Assembly: GCA_033648345.1 (NCBI GenBank)
Contig: GCA_033648345.1_4121.1
Origin: a phage
DNA: 64,000 bases
Strand: one strand, 5' to 3'
A model generated the notes under the pieces. It was not told the DNA's origin. It did not search any database and worked only from the letters and a program-made list of their open reading frames with translations. Of this stretch, positions 56,650-63,814 are shown piece after piece. Each line of letters begins with the position of its first letter. Position 1 is the first letter of the stretch. The translations under genes and the position numbers were made by a program.

Positions 56650-56868
56650 ATGAAATTATCTAAAATCGAAAAGAAAACTATTGATGAAGCAGTTAAGCAC
56701 GGTTATACCTTTCGTAATGATTCACATTTTACCAATTATCAACAAGGGTATCGTACTATTAAAAAACTTATTGACAAAGGTTTATTAGTTGAAGTCAATA
56801 ACGGCAATGGCATTGAGTATCAACCAACACAGGACGCATTTTATTTTAAGAAATATAATATTATCTAA
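56650..56868 (+). CDS. hypothetical protein (72 aa)
   Basis: Promoter TTGACAGTACTCAA…; GGGAGA SD then ATG 56650. Confidence 0.55.
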   Translation: MKLSKIEKKTIDEAVKHGYTFRNDSHFTNYQQGYRTIKKLIDKGLLVEVNNGNGIEYQPTQDAFYFKKYNII

Positions 56869-56926
56869 TTGACAGTACTCAAATGTTTTAGTACTATATG
56901 TACATACCAACACGGGGGAAAACAAA

Positions 56927-57169
56927 ATGATTACTTTAGAAAAACGTATCAAAGAAACTACATCGCTGGTGGAATTGTTAACAGTACTCAAATGTAAAAC
57001 AACACCATTCAGCACGCCGGACTTTATTAATATGGTTGATGTTAACGGTCGTTATCGCATTGCAGTAGAACATGGAACAGCGAAAGTATTCAGTACTAAA
57101 AACACTAAGGAAGTGATTCACGCGGTTAGTGTGAAAAAAGTGGTTGCCATTGATAGTAAAGTACTGTAA
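56927..57169 (+). CDS. hypothetical protein (80 aa)
   Basis: Near-duplicate of the promoter upstream of 56650. Confidence 0.6.
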   Translation: MITLEKRIKETTSLVELLTVLKCKTTPFSTPDFINMVDVNGRYRIAVEHGTAKVFSTKNTKEVIHAVSVKKVVAIDSKVL

Positions 57170-57200
57170 TATAGTTTCATTAACTCAAGGAGTAAATGCA

Positions 57201-57785
57201 ATGCGTAATTATACTAAATTCATCCGTACACTGTCAGAAATGGAAACCAACAAAGAGATCCTTTCAGCTTGTCGGTTAGCTGGCCTGGAGATCATCGGTG
57301 CTGGTTCTTCCCGTATAGTATTCGCTTTAAATGATCGGTTAGTGATTAAGGTCGCGAATTGTGATGCGGGTGTAGAACAAAATGAAACTGAATGTAAGGT
57401 ATGGAATTTTTTAGACTATGACCGCCCTCAGTTGAAACAGTACTTTGCAAAGGTGCATATGCATTTATGCGATCCTGATAATATGTTTATCGTTATGGAT
57501 CGGTTGAGTACTGCAAGCAAAGGCAGTGTGAAGCACGTTAACGCGTGCAATGAATTAAAGTACAATATTAAACGTAATGCAATCGAACGCCAGCACCGCT
57601 TTGCTGATGCACTACAACACGTTGATGATACATTATCAACACTAACGATAAGAGATATCAGAAAACAGAATATCGGCCAGGATCGTAATGGCCTTATTAA
57701 AGTACTTGATTACGGTTTAACCAGCAATATCTGGAATCAGTACTATAAAAAGCGTGATGTGGCAGCAAGTAAAGTAACACGATAA
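57201..57785 (+). CDS. protein-kinase-like protein (194 aa)
   Basis: AAGGAG SD; GAGSSRIVF (Gly-rich loop), VIKV, IRDIRKQNIG (catalytic-loop-like), KVLDYG (DFG-like) in kinase order. Confidence 0.55.
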   Translation: MRNYTKFIRTLSEMETNKEILSACRLAGLEIIGAGSSRIVFALNDRLVIKVANCDAGVEQNETECKVWNFLDYDRPQLKQYFAKVHMHLCDPDNMFIVMDRLSTASKGSVKHVNACNELKYNIKRNAIERQHRFADALQHVDDTLSTLTIRDIRKQNIGQDRNGLIKVLDYGLTSNIWNQYYKKRDVAASKVTR

Positions 57786-57800
57786 AAAAAGATTAAAAAA

Positions 57801-57836
57801 GGGATTGACTCCGGTCAGTCCCTTTGCTATTATATA
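57801..57836 (+). promoter_or_regulatory. terminator-hairpin/promoter composite (PeSL-like)
   Basis: GGGATTGAC-TCCG-GTCAGTCCC hairpin + TTTGCTATTATATA. Confidence 0.6.
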
Positions 57837-57892
57837 TTCATTGAGAGATAACTCACTGACCCATAGGGTGCGGAAGTGTATCTATTATATAA
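57837..57892 (+). ncRNA. candidate small RNA/leader (element E) downstream of PeSL
   Basis: TTCATTGAGAGATAACTCACTGACCCATAGGGTGCGGAAGTGTATCTATTATAT. Confidence 0.3.
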
Positions 57893-58008
57893 GCATTCAG
57901 TACTGAAAACTATTTTAAAAAAGTACTTGCATTGTACTTAGAATCAAGTATAATGTTTTATATCGAGAGGGGGAAATGGTTCTCCCTGGTACATTAAGGA
58001 ATAAAATC

Positions 58009-58416
58009 ATGACTACTACTAATCAAGCTCGGTCCATCGCCAACGATAAAAATCATGCTGCAATGGTCGCTGGTTACATTGAAGCTATGCAATTCAGTAC
58101 TGTACACAATGAGAACGGCGAATACCTGGAAGATTATGAATTATCAGAGCAAGCCCATCAAGCGGCAGTGATTGCATGTTCACGTTTCCTTGCTGTACAT
58201 GGTGAAGATATGGAAACAGTACAAAAACACCATAATCCTGATTATACTTATAGTCATGCAGGTCATGATCTCTTTCTTACTCGCGAAGGTCACGGCACTG
58301 GTTTTTGGGATCGTGATATCGGTCACTATGATGATATATTCACTAAGTACTGCGAAGAAATCAACGTTTGCGATCCCTATGTAGGCGATGATAATCTAAT
58401 CTATATGGGCGAATAA
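58009..58416 (+). CDS. hypothetical protein (135 aa)
   Basis: Promoter + GGGGGAAATGGTTCTCCC hairpin + AAGGAA SD; track start 57976 is in the hairpin. Confidence 0.6.
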   Translation: MTTTNQARSIANDKNHAAMVAGYIEAMQFSTVHNENGEYLEDYELSEQAHQAAVIACSRFLAVHGEDMETVQKHHNPDYTYSHAGHDLFLTREGHGTGFWDRDIGHYDDIFTKYCEEINVCDPYVGDDNLIYMGE

Positions 58417-58504
58417 AAGTATTTGACAAAGTATATCAGTACTGTATAATAGTTTACATCAAGGGGAGAATAGTTCTCCCCCACCAATAAAAGGAAACAA
58501 AATT

Positions 58505-58777
58505 ATGTCCAGCTACTCCGCTACTATGATCATTAAAGATATGAACGGTAATCCTACTTCTGCTGGTGGATCATTTGGAAACATTAATTTAGATGGTCGG
58601 TTATCCATGCAATCAGCCATCGATGCAGCGAAAGAAGTTTTTAAGAATGAATGTACTGTAAGTAAGCTGGATTATATGGGATTCGCTATCGAAAAAACTA
58701 ATCGTTTTGTGAACTACAAAAATCCACTGATGATCGATACTAACCTGAAAGCAAACGAAGTGGGGTACTTATTATGA
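58505..58777 (+). CDS. hypothetical protein (90 aa)
   Basis: Promoter TTGACA…TATAAT + hairpin + AAGGAA SD. Confidence 0.6.
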   Translation: MSSYSATMIIKDMNGNPTSAGGSFGNINLDGRLSMQSAIDAAKEVFKNECTVSKLDYMGFAIEKTNRFVNYKNPLMIDTNLKANEVGYLL

Positions 58778-58965
58778 CAGTTGAAGAAGTTAAAAAAGTA
58801 CTGGCAGTACTACGCTATCATAATCATTGCAAGGTGAAGAATGATCCTGATTATCTCGATTCATCCCTGGAAGAGGATACACTACAAGCAATAAGCCATA
58901 TGCAAAAAATGCTTAAGCGTATGACCGAAAAGAATAGGCCGGACTATATCGGAAATAAAATTTAA
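58774..58965 (+). CDS. hypothetical protein (63 aa)
   Basis: ATGA overlap with previous stop. Confidence 0.55.
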   Translation: MTVEEVKKVLAVLRYHNHCKVKNDPDYLDSSLEEDTLQAISHMQKMLKRMTEKNRPDYIGNKI

Positions 58966-59052
58966 AAAGTACTTGCATTGTAGTTAGATTAACGTATAAT
59001 GTTTTATATCGAGAGGGGGAAATGGTTTCCCCTCAAGTCCAGGAGATACACC

Positions 59053-59316
59053 ATGAACACTATCGAAATCACTATCAATGCACACGTATACGACAACGTA
59101 GTACTGCAAACTACTATGACCGCTAATGATACCAGTACTTTGCGGAATACTGTTATTAGTGCCGTATGTGCTGCAATCGGTGATGTATCCCTGGAAAATG
59201 CAGAACATATCAACAACGGTTTCACTATGTGCAAGCGTGATAACGCAAAACATATCATCGTGGAAGGTTACGGCGGTGTAGAATTTAATGTTTATATGAA
59301 AAAAGTACTTGCATAA
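59053..59316 (+). CDS. hypothetical protein (87 aa)
   Basis: Promoter + hairpin + AGGAGA SD then ATG 59053. Confidence 0.6.
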   Translation: MNTIEITINAHVYDNVVLQTTMTANDTSTLRNTVISAVCAAIGDVSLENAEHINNGFTMCKRDNAKHIIVEGYGGVEFNVYMKKVLA

Positions 59317-59383
59317 TAACTAAAACAAAGTATAATGTTTTGCATAGGGGGAGATATCCTCCCCCACTAAAAGGAGTAATAAA

Positions 59384-59608
59384 ATGGCTAACTTTGATGA
59401 ACTGATGCGGGAAGTAGCTAACCTGGCAGAAGAGAAGAAATCATTCGATTCTATCTATAACACCGCTCACCGTGATTCAGTACTGGCATGTAACCAGGAT
59501 CAAAAAGATGAACTAATCGCCACCTATCATGAAGCATGGAAGTACTACCGACAATGGGAGAAAGAAGAAAGTGAGTCTACCATTGACGGCCTCAATAATC
59601 TAATCTAA
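59384..59608 (+). CDS. hypothetical protein (74 aa)
   Basis: Promoter + GGGGGAGATATCCTCCCCC hairpin + AAGGAG SD. Confidence 0.6.
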   Translation: MANFDELMREVANLAEEKKSFDSIYNTAHRDSVLACNQDQKDELIATYHEAWKYYRQWEKEESESTIDGLNNLI

Positions 59609-59684
59609 AAGTTTTATTTCAGTACTATTGACATAGCTTGATAGTACTGATGTAATAACTTTACTAACTACAAGGGGAAACATA

Positions 59685-59942
59685 ATGGAACAGTTCACAC
59701 AATATCGGGTAAATCCACAAGCTATGGCCTACGTAGAAGACCATAAAACGTTACCAGTACTGCAACCAGTTAAAGGCCGTATCTATCGTGGCCTTGCCTG
59801 GGATACGGCCCAGGATGGATATAAAACCGTCGCCGTGGGGATGTATTGCGGGAATGGTGAATGGTTTGATCCTAGCAATCCGATTGCACTTGACAGTACT
59901 GAAAAAATGAAATGGGCCGACTACATCGAAGATATTTCATAA
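59685..59942 (+). CDS. hypothetical protein (85 aa)
   Basis: Promoter TTGACA…; AAGGGGA SD. Confidence 0.6.
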   Translation: MEQFTQYRVNPQAMAYVEDHKTLPVLQPVKGRIYRGLAWDTAQDGYKTVAVGMYCGNGEWFDPSNPIALDSTEKMKWADYIEDIS

Positions 59943-60032
59943 AAACTATTTGACAGTACTAACCAGTAATGTATAATGTTTTACATAGAGCGGGGGAATA
60001 GTTCTCCCGCCAATAGTTTGGAGTTAAACATT

Positions 60033-60233
60033 ATGTCTATCGCTATCGCCCTGGTTGAAGTACTGAAAGAAGCTAAAGCCAACCAGATCGACGTAAAGAT
60101 CCAGGAACTACAAAACGGCTTAATCGGCTGTACTTGTACCGCTGGTGGAGCGGCAGACTATCGAGAACACGAATCACTCGAATCACTGGTTCGGTATCTT
60201 ACCATGATCGTTGATGATTGGAGAATCATCTAA
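60033..60233 (+). CDS. hypothetical protein (66 aa)
   Basis: Promoter + GCGGGGGAATAGTTCTCCCGC hairpin + GGAG SD; contains Chi at 60141. Confidence 0.55.
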   Translation: MSIAIALVEVLKEAKANQIDVKIQELQNGLIGCTCTAGGAADYREHESLESLVRYLTMIVDDWRII

Positions 60234-60251
60234 CAAAAAAAGAATAAAAAA

Positions 60252-60288
60252 GGGATTGACTCCGGTCAGTCCCTTTGCTATTATATAC
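60252..60288 (+). promoter_or_regulatory. terminator-hairpin/promoter composite (PeSL-like)
   Basis: GGGATTGAC-TCCG-GTCAGTCCC hairpin + TTTGCTATTATATA. Confidence 0.6.
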
Positions 60289-60332
60289 GCATAGACAAAA
60301 ACTAGCCCACAGGGTGCATAGGTGTATCTAAA
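60289..60332 (+). ncRNA. candidate small RNA/leader (element E) downstream of PeSL
   Basis: CGCATAGACAAAAACTAGCCCACAGGGTGCATAGGTGTATCTAAAAT; Chi at 60364 follows. Confidence 0.3.
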
Positions 60333-60480
60333 ATATATAGTTAATAACGGTGAGTAACTATCTGCTGGTGGAGTGAAAACTATTAATAAAAAAAACTATT
60401 GACAAAGTATATCAGTACTGCAATAATGTATCTCGTAGGGCGGCAATGGTGCGACGGCCCACAAAGTTAGGAGATTCAAA

Positions 60481-60813
60481 ATGAGTACTTCAATCGCTAT
60501 CGTTAAAGCTTTCATCCGTACCAATGTTTCATCTGTATTCATCGACGGTCTGGATCGGGAAGTAGAATACTCAATCATTATCGCACAGACTGCAAACGGT
60601 GCTCGGTATATCCTTAATAATAGTGAAGCAAATCACTACTACTTCACTAAAGCTACTGGCTTTAAACGCATCGATGCTGACGTAGTATACACTAAGATGA
60701 ATAAGCTGGTAGACAAGATTAACGCGAAAGGTACTATCGATTTACAGTACTGGACCGAAACCGATCCAGAATATGGATCTCACCGCTACCTGAATCCAGG
60801 TATTAAAATGTAA
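60481..60813 (+). CDS. hypothetical protein (110 aa)
   Basis: Promoter TTGACA…; AGGAGA SD. Confidence 0.6.
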   Translation: MSTSIAIVKAFIRTNVSSVFIDGLDREVEYSIIIAQTANGARYILNNSEANHYYFTKATGFKRIDADVVYTKMNKLVDKINAKGTIDLQYWTETDPEYGSHRYLNPGIKM

Positions 60814-60902
60814 AAAGTACTTGCATAGTACTTAGATTCATGTATAATGTTTTACATAGAGAGGGGGAAATGGTTCTCCCTCCTAAATTAAGGAGTTTTA
60901 TC

Positions 60903-61304
60903 ATGACCTTCTCAATCACTTCCTTCGCTGACGTTTTAGTACTGGCTCGGACTTTTGGTAAAGCTGGCCTTGAGCACGCTGTAAGTAATGGTCATATGCA
61001 CCCTGAATATTGCCGCATCATTGGAAGCTGTAAACGTTGGGCTGTGTCCCGTAACATTGAGATTGAAAACTTCAATGACGGTAACAACGAATATACAGTT
61101 GATGCAGTATTCGAAGTCGTTGATCTCGGCGGTATCTATAACACTAACCTGAATGATGTGCGTATCGTTCGCACGGGGTTCGGTGCTTATGATGTATCTA
61201 TCCGTGAAGCTATGGACAAGGGATACATTAGCAAGGACCAGTTAGCTTACATCATGCAGCAAACTAAGGAACGTAACGAAGCACGCACTATCTTAGGACT
61301 GTAA
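60903..61304 (+). CDS. hypothetical protein (133 aa)
   Basis: Promoter + GAGGGGGAAATGGTTCTCCCTC hairpin + AAGGAG SD; track start 60840 is inside the -10 box. Confidence 0.6.
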   Translation: MTFSITSFADVLVLARTFGKAGLEHAVSNGHMHPEYCRIIGSCKRWAVSRNIEIENFNDGNNEYTVDAVFEVVDLGGIYNTNLNDVRIVRTGFGAYDVSIREAMDKGYISKDQLAYIMQQTKERNEARTILGL

Positions 61305-61372
61305 GCGTTACACATCACCAAACATCATAGGCCGCCTTGTAGCGGCCTTAACTATATCAGGAGGGCATACAT

Positions 61373-61582
61373 ATGTTCTATACAGTATACAGCGTTCTAG
61401 GTACTATTGCAGGCGTACATGATAACGTCAATGATGCTATGCGTACAGTACTGCAACAGGTTCCACTAAAGCCTAAGACCATTAAGCAGATGACAGCACG
61501 ACTAACCAGGGCGACGGCTGGCGTGGAAGTATGGCAGGACTATGGGGATACACAGATAATCGTAAGCGTAACGAAGGATTAA
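61373..61582 (+). CDS. hypothetical protein (69 aa)
   Basis: CAGGAGG SD. Confidence 0.6.
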   Translation: MFYTVYSVLGTIAGVHDNVNDAMRTVLQQVPLKPKTIKQMTARLTRATAGVEVWQDYGDTQIIVSVTKD

Positions 61583-61865
61583 TGCGTAAAAGGATTTAGT
61601 ACTGAATCATAAAAAAGTCAAGGCATTTTTAAACTTCAGCGTTAAAAAAATGCATAGGTAATCCCTTGACTTTTATGAATAAAAAGGGATTGGACTATGG
61701 CAAAATGCGTAGGGGGCTTAACTGCGGGTAACCTTAGCGACTTCGAAAAAAGGAGTGATAGGGGCTTGACTTTTTATATAATTCTGATAATATATAGTCT
61801 ATATTATATTTCATTCATATTTTATATGTTAGTTACATTAACTCAACATTAGAGGTCACAGAACT

Positions 61866-62231
61866 ATGAATCCATCATCTAATAAATGTGGTACTTCCTT
61901 TAATGTAGAATGGTTATTTTTTAAACCCACATCTACTATAAAATCATTCATTGCTGATATCACTGAAGCACCTGACACCCTTGTATCAGTTGTTAACAAC
62001 AATAACGAAATGGTATTTTCTATTGATGAAAATCAATATGCAGATATCTATTCATTGAGTCGTATAAAAAACTTAGTTGTACTGTCCGAGAAAGCGTTCG
62101 CAAAAGAAGCGAAGAAATGGGATTTTAAACTTCCTATTGAATTGGTACGTGAAATACAAAAATTGGGATGTACTACTATTGAGAATTGTAAAGACTCACG
62201 TGCTACTGGGAATATTTCATTTGAAGTATAA
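61866..62231 (+). CDS. hypothetical protein (121 aa)
   Basis: AGAGG SD; upstream region has a different promoter style (CTTGACT…TATAAT-like). Confidence 0.6.
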   Translation: MNPSSNKCGTSFNVEWLFFKPTSTIKSFIADITEAPDTLVSVVNNNNEMVFSIDENQYADIYSLSRIKNLVVLSEKAFAKEAKKWDFKLPIELVREIQKLGCTTIENCKDSRATGNISFEV

Positions 62232-62254
62232 TGCATTTATATGAACAAAACATC

Positions 62255-62283
62255 TTGACATCATGCCTCACATGGGGTATGAT
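62255..62283 (+). promoter_or_regulatory. sigma70-type promoter for the GTNYQ array
   Basis: TTGACA 62255-62260, 17-nt spacer, TATGAT 62278-62283. Confidence 0.5.
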
Positions 62284-62317
62284 GTTTTTTCACATATGAA
62301 CCTATGGATTTTATCCT

Positions 62318-62515
62318 ATGCGTATTTTAACTAAAGAACAGCACCACGAAAGACTTATCAATAACATGGCTATGATAATGTATAAGTCCCATGACCGTGG
62401 TATTGCATATAAGCGTGAATTGGTTATGGCACTATTCATTGGAACTAACTTTCAGGAAAGGTATGTCAAGGATTGGATTTGGTATTTAATTGAAGATATA
62501 ACGAGTAAACTATGA
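62318..62515 (+). CDS. small protein, family G member 1 (65 aa)
   Basis: MRILTKEQ…IGTNFQERYV…L; head of overlapping-start array. Confidence 0.6.
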   Translation: MRILTKEQHHERLINNMAMIMYKSHDRGIAYKRELVMALFIGTNFQERYVKDWIWYLIEDITSKL

Positions 62516-62712
62516 AAATGCGTATTTTAAATAAAGAAGAATATCAATCACTGTTACGTAAAAACTACGTAAAGATTTACAACACAGACACACACGTAGA
62601 ACGAATGGAGTTATACCTTTTGATTACATTGGGAACAAACTATCAGGGTAGATGGGTGTGGCAATATATGGATACATTGAAAAATAAAATATTGTCCACG
62701 AGGAAACAATGA
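62512..62712 (+). CDS. small protein, family G member 2 (66 aa)
   Basis: ATGA overlap; …LGTNYQGRWV…. Confidence 0.6.
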   Translation: MKMRILNKEEYQSLLRKNYVKIYNTDTHVERMELYLLITLGTNYQGRWVWQYMDTLKNKILSTRKQ

Positions 62713-62918
62713 AAACTATAACACGAACCCAATCATTAGGTCTTATCTTGAAATACATGGACTTAATGTTGGATATCAGCAAAGACCTTCCTAAAACTGA
62801 AATCCAAGTTGCAAGAGCAGAGATCCGCATGTTAGCTGTACTGAACACAAACCATCAGGAAGAGTATGTTGACGATTGGATTCGATTTTTAATAGAAGAT
62901 ATTAAGAGTAAACTATGA
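62709..62918 (+). CDS. small protein, family G member 3 (69 aa)
   Basis: ATGA overlap; GAGGA SD; …LNTNHQEEYVDDWIRFLIEDIKSKL. Confidence 0.6.
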   Translation: MKTITRTQSLGLILKYMDLMLDISKDLPKTEIQVARAEIRMLAVLNTNHQEEYVDDWIRFLIEDIKSKL

Positions 62919-63130
62919 ATATCATTACAAACTCAAATCAATATACCGAACGCGTCGCTGCCAGACAACTTGAAATTCTCATAGTATATGAAGAGACTGA
63001 TGATTTGAACTTAGCATTAGTATTGGAAAATGATATACTATTGGGTGCATTCCTCGGCACAGATTATCAGGAGCACTTCTTGAATGAGTATATAATTGCA
63101 CTCCAGAAATACATTAAGAGCAAACTATGA
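62915..63130 (+). CDS. small protein, family G member 4 (71 aa)
   Basis: ATGA overlap; …LGTDYQEHFL…. Confidence 0.6.
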   Translation: MNIITNSNQYTERVAARQLEILIVYEETDDLNLALVLENDILLGAFLGTDYQEHFLNEYIIALQKYIKSKL

Positions 63131-63345
63131 AACATTTAAGTAACTCCGAGAAGAATAAAATTATCATTGCTGCAATAAACAAATATTTTACACTTCCTCA
63201 CACAGAAGGTTTATGTGTAAGGGAACACAGGATAAACACCACCGATATACGCATGATGGCTGTACTGGGGACGAACTTTCAGGAAGAGTATGTTGTTGCA
63301 CACATAGTTGCCCTCACTGATCTAATAAGGGACAAATGCAAATGA
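63127..63345 (+). CDS. small protein, family G member 5 (72 aa)
   Basis: ATGA overlap; …LGTNFQEEYV…. Confidence 0.6.
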   Translation: MKHLSNSEKNKIIIAAINKYFTLPHTEGLCVREHRINTTDIRMMAVLGTNFQEEYVVAHIVALTDLIRDKCK

Positions 63346-63560
63346 AAGACATAAACACTCAAGAATATCTTAAACGATTAGAACAAGGGAAGAACTTTAG
63401 ACTTCAAGTTTACGATGATGAATCACTAACATCCAATGAAAAGTATGTTATACTAACAGACTCAACATTAATACCATTTGTAGGAACAAACTATCAGGAG
63501 GTTATGGTAGACAACCACATCACGGCCTTAAAATGTCATGTCAGGGATTTAGGTAAATGA
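63336..63560 (+). CDS. small protein, family G member 6 (74 aa)
   Basis: Overlapping start; …VGTNYQEVMV…. Confidence 0.6.
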   Translation: MQMKDINTQEYLKRLEQGKNFRLQVYDDESLTSNEKYVILTDSTLIPFVGTNYQEVMVDNHITALKCHVRDLGK

Positions 63561-63814
63561 GACGCTTAACACAAGATGAATATGAAACTATAGTTCGTAA
63601 ACTAACCCCCGTCGCCAGTATAGTCTACGATGACCCCAGCCTTACATGGAACCAAATGCGAGCTAAAGTTAATGAGCTATGGTTGCTGTACTTTATGGGG
63701 ACTCAATATCAAGATAAGTTTTGCACAGAATATGTCGAACAATTAATGAATGTTATACAGGATAAACTAGATGATTATTGGCTCACAAAACATGAAGACT
63801 TTATCAGGAGTTGA
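63557..63814 (+). CDS. small protein, family G member 7 (85 aa) with C-terminal read-through extension
   Basis: …MGTQYQDKF…VIQDKL then 14 extra residues; the usual CTATGA stop/start junction reads CTAGATGA here. Confidence 0.55.
   Translation: MRRLTQDEYETIVRKLTPVASIVYDDPSLTWNQMRAKVNELWLLYFMGTQYQDKFCTEYVEQLMNVIQDKLDDYWLTKHEDFIRS

Noticed and set aside
42025-60840. Track start codons at 42025, 42826, 44546, 44793, 45193, 50107, 54087, 55152, 57976, 58999, 59976 and 60840
   Set aside because: These ATG/TTG codons fall inside the -10 box or the 5' hairpin of the gene's own promoter; starts were moved to the first ATG behind the SD.
42000-61600. Regularly recurring ~60-bp promoter/hairpin modules could be mistaken for a CRISPR-like repeat-spacer array
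   Set aside because: Spacing is irregular (150-600 bp), the intervening sequences are SD-led coding ORFs, and the repeats are promoter consensus boxes rather than a fixed-length direct repeat.
634-62848. Numerous antisense or overlapping track ORFs (e.g. 634-825, 3810-4124, 4622-5089, 5461-6083, 6982-7221, 16269-16454, 36063-36514, 42064-42517, 45039-45290, 53491-53901, 58984-59258)
   Set aside because: They lie opposite or inside better-supported genes, lack SD sites, and are typical shadow ORFs of AT-rich DNA.
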